Below the pieces are notes generated by a model. That model searched no databases and had not been told where the DNA came from. It was given only the letters and a program-made list of their open reading frames with translations. A program made the position numbers and the translations under genes. 64,000 nucleotides of DNA from Ostreococcus lucimarinus (Eukaryota), in assembly GCA_000092065.1 (NCBI GenBank), contig CP000584.1, one strand, 5' to 3'. Positions 19,463 through 29,737 of this stretch are shown here, one piece after another. Position 1 is the first letter of the stretch; each line of letters begins with the position of its first letter.

Positions 19463-21166
19463 TCAGCTAGCGCTAGTGGATGCTTCCTCCGCCTGGTCAT
19501 CCTCGGTTGCTAATGAATCCCCCTGTGCGTCGCCGTCCAAGGCGTCGAAGATGGCGTCGACGTCCATCGACGCGAACGCGGCTTTGATGTCGTCGCGAGC
19601 GACGCCGTCGATGGCAGCCTTCATCGATTCGCGAAGCTCGTCGCGGGACGGCTCTCCGTTGAAGTTCTCTTCGACGTAAAGCTTGCGCGGCCAATCCGCG
19701 AGCACTGCCACAATCTGGTCTTGAACGTTGTACGTCTTGAGCTCGAAGCCGCGCGTGTTGTCGTGAATATCCGTACGCAGTTGCTTTCTCGTGGTGTGCT
19801 CAAACGACGGGATGCTGTCCAGCATGCGAGTCGCGCTCGCGACATCGCGATTAAGTAGATGCGCTCGGACCACGTGAACGTAATAAAAAGGCGTAATCGG
19901 CATCACGTCGGGCTCTCGCCACTTTGCTGGAATTTCGAGCTTCTCGGCGCCCCTGTGCGTGTGCGTGCCCGCCTCGATGGCGGCGTTGATGCGCTCCATT
20001 CGCTCAATACGGGATTGAAGCGTTGCTCGAATACTCGCGATATGCTCTTCGTTCGCCCACAACGCGTGCTCGGGCTCGCCAATCCTCGTGGCCCATTTCA
20101 AAAACTTGAAATACGTTCTGCTCGGAACGACGGCGCCGCTCTCTTTAAACGCGACGGCGTACTCTCGAGCGAGATCCATGTGCCTGTTATCGAGCGAGGC
20201 CCCGATCATCGTAGCCACGGTGAAGTCTTCCGTGCCGTAACTTTCGCGCACCGCTTCGTACACGCGATAGACGTACTCAAAAGGTCCAGTGTACGTGTTG
20301 AAAAATGCCTGCTTGGCCACCGTCCGCGTCAACTTTACGCCCAGCGACGCGTGGTTTTCAACCATCTCCACCGCGGCTTCGTGATCGTCAAATTTGCGAA
20401 TTTCATTGAACAATTCCAACGCCACCTGTTCGCGCCAAACCATGTGCCCTCCCCACTGCGAACGGTTCGCCGCTTCCTCGGGCGTGTCCGTCGCGACGGG
20501 TTCGTACTTTGCCAACCGAATGCGGTGCATCTTCGCCATGAAAGCAAAAACCTCGCGAATATCCTCCTTGGTCTTAATCTTGGTGATCATGATGCGAACT
20601 TGTCTCGAGGACGTGGGGTAATCTCCGTCCGCCACGCTATCGGTGGCGATCTTAATCGCCTCGCTCACCGTCTCCGCGCACGCCAACGTCACGTCGAGTC
20701 TTCTCTTCACCAACGTCGACCGCAACAACGGCGGATCGTGCGGCACCTCGTCCGGAATATCGATCAACTTATGCGCGGTCTCGTGCTTGTTCGTTTTCGA
20801 GTCTCCGTCGACGTTCCCATCACCGTCCTCGCCGTCGTCGTCGCGTTCGCCTTCCCGTTCGCTCCCCGTCGCCGTCGCGAACGCGCGTCGTCCCGCCGTC
20901 GTCCACGTCGCGAACGTCCCTCTTCCCGCGCGCAGCGCCTCCCCCGCGCGTTCCGCGCGTCGACCCGTCCCTCGCTCGTCCGTTCGCGTCGCCCGCGCCT
21001 CGCGCGCGCCTCCGCGCGCCGTCGCCGTCGTCGTCGTCGCGAACCCTCCGTCGTCGCCCGTCGTCGTCGTCGCCTCGCGCGTCGTCCCCGCGCGCCCTCG
21101 CGCGCGCTCGCACAGCGCGCGCACCGAGCCGATGACGTCCTTGGCCGTCGACGCGCGTCGCAGCAT
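19463..21166 (-). CDS. Hypothetical alpha-helical repeat protein with an organellar-type presequence, 567 aa
   Basis: MLRRASTAKDVIGSVRALCERARG... N-terminus, then a long helical repeat region (PPR/TPR-like by eye). No motif named with confidence. Confidence 0.5.
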   Translation of the reverse strand: MLRRASTAKDVIGSVRALCERARGRAGTTREATTTTGDDGGFATTTTATARGGAREARATRTDERGTGRRAERAGEALRAGRGTFATWTTAGRRAFATATGSEREGERDDDGEDGDGNVDGDSKTNKHETAHKLIDIPDEVPHDPPLLRSTLVKRRLDVTLACAETVSEAIKIATDSVADGDYPTSSRQVRIMITKIKTKEDIREVFAFMAKMHRIRLAKYEPVATDTPEEAANRSQWGGHMVWREQVALELFNEIRKFDDHEAAVEMVENHASLGVKLTRTVAKQAFFNTYTGPFEYVYRVYEAVRESYGTEDFTVATMIGASLDNRHMDLAREYAVAFKESGAVVPSRTYFKFLKWATRIGEPEHALWANEEHIASIRATLQSRIERMERINAAIEAGTHTHRGAEKLEIPAKWREPDVMPITPFYYVHVVRAHLLNRDVASATRMLDSIPSFEHTTRKQLRTDIHDNTRGFELKTYNVQDQIVAVLADWPRKLYVEENFNGEPSRDELRESMKAAIDGVARDDIKAAFASMDVDAIFDALDGDAQGDSLATEDDQAEEASTSAS

Positions 21167-21591
21167 CCTCGCCGTCGACGCGCGCGATCACGCGCGGCAG
21201 AGTGCGCCGTCGATCGCGAGCGATCGCGCCGCAGGGCGGCGAGAAACCCATAACTTCGACGGCGACGGCGGCGACGCGCGATGGTGGCCGAAACCTCGAC
21301 GTAACTGTTTGCCAGGGTGAGCTTCGCTGGCGCGGAGTGCGGCCTTCAAAGCCGTAGCGGCTTAGCGGCCGAGTCGTTCGATTCGACCTCACTGGCGACG
21401 CGATTTTTGCCGACGCCGACGCCGACGACGGCGACGCGCGACGACGGCGCGCGCGCGCGCGGCCGACGCGTTCTTCGACGTCGCGCGCGCGAGCGTTTTT
21501 TGTTTTTTCACGGTGATAAATCGAATGTAGACTACATACATCTCGTATTCGAGCCACCTCGAATCCTATACATTCCCTATATGCGCGCCCA

Positions 21592-21921
21592 TCACGCGTC
21601 GCCCGCCAACCGTCGCATCGCGCGCTCGACGCGCGTCGTCCACGTCGTCCACGCCGGGACGACGTGTTTCATCAGCAGTGGTTCCGTGTGTCTCGCGATG
21701 TACCTCCGGTACAGCCCCGTCGCGAGCGACACGGCGTAGACGACGTAGAGAAACGCCGCGAGCGTGACGACGGTGACGCCCGCGCCGGCGATCGGATGGC
21801 GGTCGAACCATCGGTCGACCCTGGCGGTGTAGTACGCGAGCGGATCGGCGCGTCGGTCGAGCGCGCGCGATTTTTTCCCGCGCGCGCTCGGGCGCCGGCG
21901 CCGAGGCGCGGTCGGCGCCAT
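21592..21921 (-). CDS. Small single-pass membrane protein (hypothetical), about 109 aa
   Basis: MAPTAPRRRRPSARGKK...DRWFDRHPIAGAGVTVVTLAAFLYVVYAVSLATGLYRRYIARH. The hydrophobic helix and non-repetitive flanks look genuine. Sits alone in a 1-kb spacer between gene 19463..21166 and ASPM. Confidence 0.3.
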   Translation of the reverse strand: MAPTAPRRRRPSARGKKSRALDRRADPLAYYTARVDRWFDRHPIAGAGVTVVTLAAFLYVVYAVSLATGLYRRYIARHTEPLLMKHVVPAWTTWTTRVERAMRRLAGDA

Positions 21922-22156
21922 CCGCGTCGCGAAGTCGCGATTCGCGCCGACGGATGGAAAATTTTCGGGGGAACCAAACCGACACAGCGACGCGCGCGGC
22001 ATTACGCGACGCGACGCGCGAGACGCGCGCGAGCGACGAGCGACGCGCGAGGGGGTAGATCACGCGACGCGTGTTCGTCGCGCGCGACGTCGAGCTGGGA
22101 CGCGCGCGAGACGAACGCGAGCGGATTCGCGCGTCGGGCGAACGATCGAACGAACG

Positions 22157-25100
22157 TTGAGCGGCATGGCGACGACGGAACGCGGCGACGCCGACGCGCT
22201 GTGGCGCGCGATCAGCGCGGTGACCGCGGTGGGGGGTGCGCGTGAGAGCGATGCGTCGGAGACGCGCGCGACGGAGGCGCGGGATGGGACGGCGGGTGGG
22301 ATGGGAGGGAAGATGAAGGACGCGCGCGCGCGAGGGGACGCCGTCGACGACGCGCGGCGGCCGAGCGCTCGCGCGAGCGGGGAGCGACGACGGGCGGTTT
22401 TGAGCGAGCCGGACGCGGTGCCGGTGGTGCGATTCGGCGCGGTCGACGTGGGAGGTACCGGGTGCGAGGGGTTGGATATCGTGAACGACACGGCGTTGAC
22501 GCAAGAAGTCGCGTTCGCGGATTGCGAAGCGATCGCTCGAGACGGCTTCTCGCTCGATCGAGAGACGTTGACGATTCAACCCGGCACGACGGAGCGCGTA
22601 CAGTTGACGTGGACGCCGCAGAGGGCGATGGCGGCGACGTACTGCGGGCAAATCTCGTTCGTGGTCGTCGCGGAGGCGCCGGTACCCATGCCCGAGGTGG
22701 AGATGAAGGCGCGCATTCGCGGCGTGGCCAAGGGCGAAGTTTTACGACCGTTGACGAATGAAGCGCCCGAGGAACGCGTGGCGAGCGCGACGAAACGTCC
22801 GCGAGATGCGAGGTTGGCGACGCGGCGGTCGCTCGCGACGTCGCCGCGCAAACTCGCGGGTGAGGATAAGTTGGCGTTGGACGCGATGCGTGCGAAGCAG
22901 CGTCGGCTGGAGGACGAACCGGCGACTTTGGCGCTCGCGCCGGTGGCGCGAGCGCTGCAACTTCAGCGAGAAGATTCGGCGTCGGGCGACGCCCACGAGG
23001 GTTCTACGAGTCGAAACGTGTCCGACGAGTTCCAAGCGGGAATATGGTTGCGTCAGCAAGAGCTCGCGTTCATTGCGTGGTTGAATCACACCATCGTCAT
23101 CGACGACGTCGGCACGATGGGCGACGACTCGCCGTCTGCGAACCGAGGAGGGAACGCCTCGGCTCGCGAAGTGCGGCAAACTGTTCGAAACAAACTCACG
23201 TCATTGTACAGCTACGATGACGAGCTCGGGAGAGTCCTGAAAAAGACCTACAGACACGTTGACAACGCTCGATTCAGATTGAACACCGGACAGACGTTCA
23301 TGGATAACGTCGCGCTCAAGGAGGAATTTGCGCGCGCGCTGTCGTGCTTCTCACCGTTTTGGTTGCAACTCGGCGTCGATGTGGTTGTCGGCGGAGGCAT
23401 CGTGTGGAAGCGACGCGGCGATTTGCACGAGATTCAGAAGGAATGCATCGCCGCCTTGTTCCGTGATAGAGATTTGGAGATTGAATTTGGAACCGGGCAC
23501 GTGCCCGGCGCGCCGCCGTTCGCACACGGATACGAAGAGGCGTTGAGCCGAAGCGTTCTCAAGCGCGTTTTACTGCTGGTGTTCATTCTCGATCGCGCAG
23601 CGATGAGTGGGTTACCCCCGAACACGCCATTACTTATGCGTCCTCACGCGGCGCTCAAACGAAGTGAAGACATACTTCGCACGGCGTTGCAAGGCTCGAT
23701 GTACGGCGAAGGCGACGTCATTCGCAACTTGAGTCAATGTTCGTACAAGTTGCACTACAAACAAAATCCCATTCGTGAGTACGACTTTCAGTGCACGAAC
23801 TTGGCTGTCGATTTGCGCGACGGCGTGCGTCTATGCCGACTCATGGAAGTTTTGAACGCCGACGTACTCTTCATGAGCTACGACGAAAAGAACAAGGAAT
23901 GGAAGCGAAGTCTGTTGAGCGAGGTGCACTTCCCATGCGCATCCAGGGCTCACAGGGTGCAGAATGTCGAGGTTGCGCTGCGAGCGATCAAGGATCAACA
24001 AGTTGGCTTGCCTGGTACGTGGAGCCGAATCAAAGCTGAGGATATCGTCGATGGTCACCTCGAGCACACGATGGGGTTGTTGTGGGCGTTGATGATGCAC
24101 TATTCGGCGCCGGGCTTGCTCCTGCCCAAGTCGTTGGACTCAGAGATCACTAGATTGGGCGGTAAAGTGCCAGATATCAAGCGTATCGAACGGCTGTCAG
24201 CGGCACGACGCGGTGATTCCGTCATAGAAGCGCCGCAGTGCGCCATGGAAGCGCGCCTATACGCCTGGGCGCGGGCTGCGTGCGCGACTCAAAACGTTGA
24301 GCTCAACAATCTCGGCGGCGCTTTCACCGATGGTCGCGCTCTGTGCGCTCTTATTCGCGCTTACGCGCCCATGATGATTCCAAAGCGTCGCATTGGTAAT
24401 GCTCCGCTGAAGCTCGACGATGCGAATGCGGATACGGCAAAACACGCTCGGGAGTTGGCGCGTGACAACTTTGCTGCGGTTGCCAAGGCACTTCAAGCGC
24501 TCGGCGGCGTGCCGAACCCAACGTTTGATATACGATTTACCAGTGACGAAGGCCTGGACTCTCCTGATCCACGGGCAGTAAGTGGATACTTGCTGTTTCT
24601 CAGCGCGCGCTTGCTGTTATTGCGGCAGCAAGAAGTCGCTTGCGTCCGCATCCAACGCTGGTGGAGATGGAATCGTCCAAACCGACCCAAGTTTGCCGAA
24701 GTCGTTCGCAAGTGGAACGCGGCGTCGACGGTAATTGCATCGCACGTTCGCCGCGTACAGGCAGTGGACGCGGTAAATGCGCGAAAGAATGCAATCGTAA
24801 AGCTGCAATCTTTCCGACGCGCGTGCGTAGCGCGGCGAGAGTTCCTCAATATGAAGAATGCCGCGGTGAAGATTCAATCCTTCAAACGCATGCACACGGC
24901 GCGCCTGGAATTCCAAGACACAAAGTGGGCGGTGGAAAAGGTGCAAAAGATGCGACGAGGTTGCGCGCAAAGAAATCAGTTCTTGCGCAAAAAGCAAGCT
25001 GCGACTTTGATCCAAGGTTGGTACCGAACGGTTTGTGCGCGTAACGAATACGTGAACAAGACGTGCGCTGCGACCATTATACAGATGCACTGGAGGGCTT

Positions 25101-26524
25101 TTGCCGCGCGCGCCGAAGCAAAGCGCATCGTCGAAGCGCGAATGAAAATAATTCACAGCGCTGCAACGAAGATTCAAGCTGCGTTTCGAAAATGTATGAT
25201 GCGCAAGCACTTCCTTCGCTTGCGTTGGTTCGTGATTTTATCGCAAGCGCGCGCTCGCGCCGCCGCCGCGCGCCGGACCTTTGTGGCGCAAAAGAAGGCT
25301 AGCGTGACAATCCAACGGCGTGTTCGACGATTTTTGGACTACAATGCGTACAAACGTCGTTCGCAAATGATAGAAAACGAGCGTCAGAAGAAAGCTGCGA
25401 CGACGATTCAACGTCACTGGCGTGGATACAACACGCGCGACGGACTCGACAACATTCAATGGAAGACGTACTTCGTCACGTTGCTGCAAGCATACGTGCG
25501 ACGTTGGCAAACTCGTCGCAAGTTCGTGAACGAAATTTTACCGCGTCAAAAAGAGCTCAAGTTGCAAGCGCGGAAGACGCAGATGCGTGCGCGAATGGCT
25601 CGTGAGCGCGAGGCGGCGACATGCATTCAAAAGTTCTGCCGCGGTCACCTCGCTAGAAAAACAGTGAGAAAGATGCGGCGCAAGGCGTCCAAGGCGAAAC
25701 GAGCCGAGAAGGATGCCGCCGCGAATCTACTTCAAAAGGAAGAGAAATCTAGCGAGGAAATCACTCAGCGAAGTCGGCGTCCTGTGTCGGCGTTCACGAG
25801 AAAAGCTTTGCTCGAACAACACGTGGTGGTAATCCAAGCCTTCGTTCGCGGCTGGCTCGCGCGAAAGCACGCGGTGCATAAATTGGAGTGGCATCGCAAG
25901 AGAATCGCCGCCAAGGCGCAGCCTGTCAATCCTTTACACGCGCGCGCTGAACAAGCTGCGAATATGATCGCCGCACCGCACGCACGCGATGACTGCCTGC
26001 GTGGTTGCACGTTCTTCACCGAACACTGGAATCTGTCCAAGACGTGTCGAGGCATCGTCACCTCGCCTCGCGTGCTGCACGCGTTGATGCGCAACGTTCG
26101 ACAGTGCAGCCGCTCGGCGTCACAAGTACCTTTGTTGACCGCGGCGTACGATTTGTTCGAGATCATCGCACGCGATAAGCACTACGCGAGTGCGTTGGAA
26201 CAATGCCCCGACAGTGTGATGACCATGACGGAGCATCTGCAACAGTACCGCGACAGGCCGACGCTTTTGGAATCCGCGGTGAACACGATGGTGGCGTTGT
26301 TTGAAAACTCGTCCAACAAGCGGTCTTTGGTAAGCGAAAAGTTTTTGACGCGCGTCGAAAAAATGAGAGATATCATCGACAGCAATCGCATCGTGCACAG
26401 ACGTCGGGCGATGACTTTTGCGCAGCAAGGAAGATACAAGGAAGAAACCGAAGCGCGCGACGCGTTGGTCAAGACGGAGCAAACGCTCGCGTGCTTGAAA
26501 AAGTTGACTCGTACGTTGACGTAA
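22157..26524 (+). CDS. ASPM / abnormal-spindle-like protein (ASH domain, calponin-homology domains, long IQ-motif array, C-terminal helical region), 1455 aa
   Basis: N-terminal Ig-like block (TIQPGTTERVQLTWTPQ). CH domains (ELAFIAWLNHT..., DGRALCALIRAYAPMMI). More than 20 IQ-type repeats (IQRWWRW, IQSFKRMHTARLEF, IQGWYRTVCARNEY, IQAAFRKCMMRKHFLRLR...). A TGTAA lies 7 nt after the stop. Confidence 0.85.
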   Translation: MSGMATTERGDADALWRAISAVTAVGGARESDASETRATEARDGTAGGMGGKMKDARARGDAVDDARRPSARASGERRRAVLSEPDAVPVVRFGAVDVGGTGCEGLDIVNDTALTQEVAFADCEAIARDGFSLDRETLTIQPGTTERVQLTWTPQRAMAATYCGQISFVVVAEAPVPMPEVEMKARIRGVAKGEVLRPLTNEAPEERVASATKRPRDARLATRRSLATSPRKLAGEDKLALDAMRAKQRRLEDEPATLALAPVARALQLQREDSASGDAHEGSTSRNVSDEFQAGIWLRQQELAFIAWLNHTIVIDDVGTMGDDSPSANRGGNASAREVRQTVRNKLTSLYSYDDELGRVLKKTYRHVDNARFRLNTGQTFMDNVALKEEFARALSCFSPFWLQLGVDVVVGGGIVWKRRGDLHEIQKECIAALFRDRDLEIEFGTGHVPGAPPFAHGYEEALSRSVLKRVLLLVFILDRAAMSGLPPNTPLLMRPHAALKRSEDILRTALQGSMYGEGDVIRNLSQCSYKLHYKQNPIREYDFQCTNLAVDLRDGVRLCRLMEVLNADVLFMSYDEKNKEWKRSLLSEVHFPCASRAHRVQNVEVALRAIKDQQVGLPGTWSRIKAEDIVDGHLEHTMGLLWALMMHYSAPGLLLPKSLDSEITRLGGKVPDIKRIERLSAARRGDSVIEAPQCAMEARLYAWARAACATQNVELNNLGGAFTDGRALCALIRAYAPMMIPKRRIGNAPLKLDDANADTAKHARELARDNFAAVAKALQALGGVPNPTFDIRFTSDEGLDSPDPRAVSGYLLFLSARLLLLRQQEVACVRIQRWWRWNRPNRPKFAEVVRKWNAASTVIASHVRRVQAVDAVNARKNAIVKLQSFRRACVARREFLNMKNAAVKIQSFKRMHTARLEFQDTKWAVEKVQKMRRGCAQRNQFLRKKQAATLIQGWYRTVCARNEYVNKTCAATIIQMHWRAFAARAEAKRIVEARMKIIHSAATKIQAAFRKCMMRKHFLRLRWFVILSQARARAAAARRTFVAQKKASVTIQRRVRRFLDYNAYKRRSQMIENERQKKAATTIQRHWRGYNTRDGLDNIQWKTYFVTLLQAYVRRWQTRRKFVNEILPRQKELKLQARKTQMRARMAREREAATCIQKFCRGHLARKTVRKMRRKASKAKRAEKDAAANLLQKEEKSSEEITQRSRRPVSAFTRKALLEQHVVVIQAFVRGWLARKHAVHKLEWHRKRIAAKAQPVNPLHARAEQAANMIAAPHARDDCLRGCTFFTEHWNLSKTCRGIVTSPRVLHALMRNVRQCSRSASQVPLLTAAYDLFEIIARDKHYASALEQCPDSVMTMTEHLQQYRDRPTLLESAVNTMVALFENSSNKRSLVSEKFLTRVEKMRDIIDSNRIVHRRRAMTFAQQGRYKEETEARDALVKTEQTLACLKKLTRTLT

Positions 26525-26530
26525 TAAAGT

Positions 26531-26535
26531 TGTAA
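26531..26535 (+). promoter_or_regulatory. TGTAA candidate poly(A) signal immediately downstream of the ASPM-like stop
   Basis: taaagtTGTAAaatc. Confidence 0.4.
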
Positions 26536-26575
26536 AATCACATCTCGACTACTACAAGCTCTTCTTTCGATGGCA

Positions 26576-27493
26576 TCACCCTCTGATGCGCATGGTGAAC
26601 GGAATGCGCAGATACACGCGAACGAAATCTAACAAACACAGCACCGCCATGCCGCTCCCCATCGCTTCCCAAAACACTTGCGACATCGGCATCGCCTTCG
26701 TCTCGTCCACGCGCAGGAACATTGGGAACGACACCAAGAAGTAAATTCCATAAAATGCCGATCCGAGCGTGTACGCCATGTGCCGATCGGCGAAGGAGTA
26801 ATACGGGAATCCGCAAATGGTTAAACTCTCCATGAACGCCGTCGAGTACGCCATCGCGCCCACCGCCGCGCACTCGAATCCGAAACGCCAAGCGTCGTTC
26901 ACGTACCCCGTTCGAATCCGTCGCAACGCCGCGTTCGACAACACGTGGTAAAACATGAAATACGCGTGCGTCATGAGATACATCGAGATCGGCACGTCGT
27001 TCAAGCGGTGCGCGTCGAACGTGTACTCCGCCTTGAGCACCGCGTAAAAGTAGTGCGTGTACCAGTAATTTCCGATAAAGCTGAACACCGCGATCCACAC
27101 GTTCGCCTTCACGATGTAACGCTCGCTCAGCGCTTTCCCTCGATCGCTCGCGCTCGGGCGCATCAGCGGCGCGACGATCGCCGGCGCCGCGCACGCGCCG
27201 CAATACGCCAGGTACCCCCCACGCCCGAACGACTCGTACGCCCGCGTCGCGATCACCACCCCCACGCTCGCGATCCAGCACGCCGAGTACTTCAGGCAAA
27301 ACATCTCCCCCTCCGCCTTGCTCGCGCGCGTCTTCGCGCACGCGAACCACCGCGCGCCGCTCGTCGCCGCCGTCGTCGTCGTCCGCCGCCTCGTCGTCTT
27401 CACCGGCGTCAGCGTCGCGTACGACGCCAGGATCGTCGCCAGGATCGCGGTGAATATCACCGCCATGTCCGTCCACACGTCCCCGGTCGTCAT
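26576..27493 (-). CDS. CPI1: Cycloeucalenol cycloisomerase (sterol biosynthesis, CPI1-type)
   Basis: RYIVKANVWIAVFSFIGNYWYTHYFYAVLKAEYTF...THAYFMFYHVLSNAALRRIR...GFPYYSF...AFYGIYFLVSFPMFLRVDE is near-collinear with plant CPI1. The ORF-track start (27637) would overlap the neighbouring acidic-protein gene, so the start is more likely M49 (27493) or M58 (27466). Confidence 0.85.
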   Translation of the reverse strand: MTTGDVWTDMAVIFTAILATILASYATLTPVKTTRRRTTTTAATSGARWFACAKTRASKAEGEMFCLKYSACWIASVGVVIATRAYESFGRGGYLAYCGACAAPAIVAPLMRPSASDRGKALSERYIVKANVWIAVFSFIGNYWYTHYFYAVLKAEYTFDAHRLNDVPISMYLMTHAYFMFYHVLSNAALRRIRTGYVNDAWRFGFECAAVGAMAYSTAFMESLTICGFPYYSFADRHMAYTLGSAFYGIYFLVSFPMFLRVDETKAMPMSQVFWEAMGSGMAVLCLLDFVRVYLRIPFTMRIRG

Positions 27494-27569
27494 CGCGCGC
27501 GTCGTCGCGATCGCGCGTCGCTCTGGCGTCTCGGCGTCGTCACTCTGGCGCGTCTCGATCGTCGACGCG

Positions 27570-27674
27570 ATGAGCGGCAAGGCGCTCGCGAGCGACAGCG
27601 AAGACGACGACGTCGCCGTCCCGGCGAAGCGCGTCAACGACGTCGACGCCGCCGACGCGCCGCCGGCGAAGAAG
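27570..27674 (+). CDS. Exon 1 of a small acidic protein gene absent from the ORF track (MSGKALASDSEDDDVAVPAKRVNDVDAADAPPAKK)
   Basis: ATG 27570. Donor AAG|GTGCGCC at 27675. 61-nt intron ending ctttttaaatCAG| at 27735. Confidence 0.45.
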
Positions 27675-27735
27675 GTGCGCCGCGCGCGACGCCGCGACGC
27701 GCGAACGACGGACCGACTGACGCTTTTTAAATCAG

Positions 27736-27990
27736 ACGGCGACGAAACCGACGACGAGCGACGCGCGCGAGGGCAAGAAGCCCGCGCGCGAGGACGACGA
27801 CGACGACGACGATAGCGACGCGGATTCGGTCGACAGCGAGTGCGTGGACGATCTGTCGGGGGACGAGGTGGACGCGTCGAACATCATAGAGGGCGGTCGA
27901 CGCGCCAGGCGCGGACGACCGACGACGTTCACGGCGGAGATGTACGCCAAGGCGGGGCCGGCGTTCGGCAGCGATTCGGACGATGAGTGA
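27736..27990 (+). CDS. Exon 2 of the small acidic protein (…KKPAREDDDDDDDSDADSVDSECVDDLSGDEVDASNIIEGGRRARRGRPTTFTAEMYAKAGPAFGSDSDDE*)
   Basis: In phase with exon 1 after removing 27675..27735. Spliced product is about 119 aa. Composition is histone-chaperone or nucleolar-like. Confidence 0.45.
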   Translation, partial: TATKPTTSDAREGKKPAREDDDDDDDSDADSVDSECVDDLSGDEVDASNIIEGGRRARRGRPTTFTAEMYAKAGPAFGSDSDDE

Positions 27991-28055
27991 GCGCGCGCGA
28001 GGTGAAACGCTAGCGATGTGATCGAACGAACGAACGAAACGGTAAACGACACACC

Positions 28056-28454
28056 ATGGCGCGCGGAGACGGCGCCGCCGCGGCGCTGTTTCGCCGCATC
28101 ATCCGCGCCGCGCGCGCGCTCGATCGCGTCGAGGCGAGGGACGCCGTCGTCGAAGCGCGCGCGGCGTTTCGAGCGCGCGCCGACGTCAGCGGCGCCGCGC
28201 TCGAGGACGCGCTCGAACGGGGCGAGCAAAGACTAGCGCTGGCTTCACATTATGGCATCGCGTACGAACGCATAGCGCACGCGAAACTCGCGGGAGGCGG
28301 GAATAAAGACGTCGAGGTGCCGTCGACGAAGGCGTTTAACACCGCCGTCGCGCGAGCGCAGTTCCCGGTGAACCCGGCGAACGCGGCGGCGCGGGCGAAG
28401 GCGCGGGCGAGACGAGGGGCGGTGGCGAACGCCGAGCGACGGACGAACGAATGA
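28056..28454 (+). CDS. LYR-motif (Complex1_LYR family) protein, 132 aa
   Basis: MARGDGAAAALFRRIIRAARALDRVEARDAVVEARAAFRA shows the L-x-x-(F/Y)-R..IR...R LYR pattern at the N-terminus of a small basic helical protein. Start codon in caccATGg context. Confidence 0.55.
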   Translation: MARGDGAAAALFRRIIRAARALDRVEARDAVVEARAAFRARADVSGAALEDALERGEQRLALASHYGIAYERIAHAKLAGGGNKDVEVPSTKAFNTAVARAQFPVNPANAAARAKARARRGAVANAERRTNE

Positions 28455-28509
28455 ATCGAGCGTGGGAATCTATCTATGCCTATGATCTAGCCCTAGCAAC
28501 CTAGCTGTT

Positions 28510-29712
28510 TTACTGCGATGACCATAGCGATCGCGTGCCGTAGTTTTTCGTCTCTCGGTACGCGGGCGCGGTGTAGAGAAATTGCAACACCGGTCGATTG
28601 GCGAGCGAGTCGTTCGCCATGCCGCGGTGGAGTAAGCGGTAGTCGTACGCCACGCTTTGACCCGCGTCGAGAATTCCATCGAAGGAGAGTCGTAAGATCA
28701 AGCTCGCGTCGCCAAAACCGATGAGTTTACTCGTCTTGTGACTGCGCATGAAGAACTGCGTAAAACCGGTTTCGCGCGATAAATCGATCAACGGCATGAA
28801 GACGCAGACGCCGTACGGCGGTGCGTGACCGCATCCCGTGCGGACGTCGCACTCGACGTCGAGATGTCGACCGTCTGCGTGCCACTCTTGATTTTTCGCG
28901 CCGGGTCTGGAATACACCACCGACACGTGCACGTTCCAACCGTTCGGCATGAGCGCGTCGACGAGCGCGCGCCACGGCGCGTCGTCGCGCGCGAGCGCGC
29001 GAAGCGTCGCCCACTCCTCGAGTTCTAAATCTACTAGAGCATCGAATCGCTCGCCTCCACGCGAACCAATCTCTCGAAACGCGAATCGATCGCGCCCGTA
29101 CACTATATCCCCGAACGATTCCTCGAACCTCCGCTCGACGCGTTCCACGAATCGCTCCGTCGCCTCGCGAATTTCCCGCGTCGTCTCTTCGTCCACCGCT
29201 TTCAAGCACGTCGCCACGCCCGCGTCTGCGAACGCCGCCACGCGCTCTTCATCCGTCCTGTCCTTCCGTCCCCAATCGAGCGTCTCTTTCGTCACCGCAT
29301 CGATCGATCCCAGCGGCACGTATCCCGGCGCCGTCATCGTCGTCGTCGCCTCGGCGTCCCAACCGCGCGTCGCCATCCACGCCCGCACCCGCCGTTCCAG
29401 CCGCGCGTCCTCGCTCGAGCACGCGCGACACCGCCACGCGATCGTGACGTCCATCGCGCGCGCGTCGTCGTCGTCGTCGGCGCTCGCGCGCGCGCGCTCG
29501 AGCTCGACGACGCGCGCGTCGCGTTTCGCCGTCCATCGCAGCGCGGCGAGGTGCGCGGCGAGCGCGTCGTCGTCGCGCGCGCGCGTCGTCACGCGCAGGA
29601 CGTGCGTGGAGAGCGCGCGATCGTCGTCGTACAGCGCCTCGTCGCTCGCCTCGTCGTCGTCGTCGTCGTCAGTCATGACGATGACTCGAGACGCGACGCC
29701 GAGTGGCGGCAC
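28510..29712 (-). CDS. Phytanoyl-CoA dioxygenase (PhyH)-like Fe(II)/2-oxoglutarate oxygenase
   Basis: Jelly-roll region with HxD (NQEWHADG) and distal His (YDYRLLHRG). Acidic N-terminal tail (MTDDDDDDEASDE). Confidence 0.6.
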   Translation of the reverse strand: MPPLGVASRVIVMTDDDDDDEASDEALYDDDRALSTHVLRVTTRARDDDALAAHLAALRWTAKRDARVVELERARASADDDDDARAMDVTIAWRCRACSSEDARLERRVRAWMATRGWDAEATTTMTAPGYVPLGSIDAVTKETLDWGRKDRTDEERVAAFADAGVATCLKAVDEETTREIREATERFVERVERRFEESFGDIVYGRDRFAFREIGSRGGERFDALVDLELEEWATLRALARDDAPWRALVDALMPNGWNVHVSVVYSRPGAKNQEWHADGRHLDVECDVRTGCGHAPPYGVCVFMPLIDLSRETGFTQFFMRSHKTSKLIGFGDASLILRLSFDGILDAGQSVAYDYRLLHRGMANDSLANRPVLQFLYTAPAYRETKNYGTRSLWSSQ

Positions 29713-29737
29713 TGCGCGCCGCGCGCACGGAAGGAAC

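Noticed and set aside
28949-29737. 5' 260 codons of the 484-aa plus ORF
   Set aside because: Antisense to the PhyH-like gene. Ser/Arg/Ala-rich. The real UBC7 begins at 29738 with a 14-codon exon.
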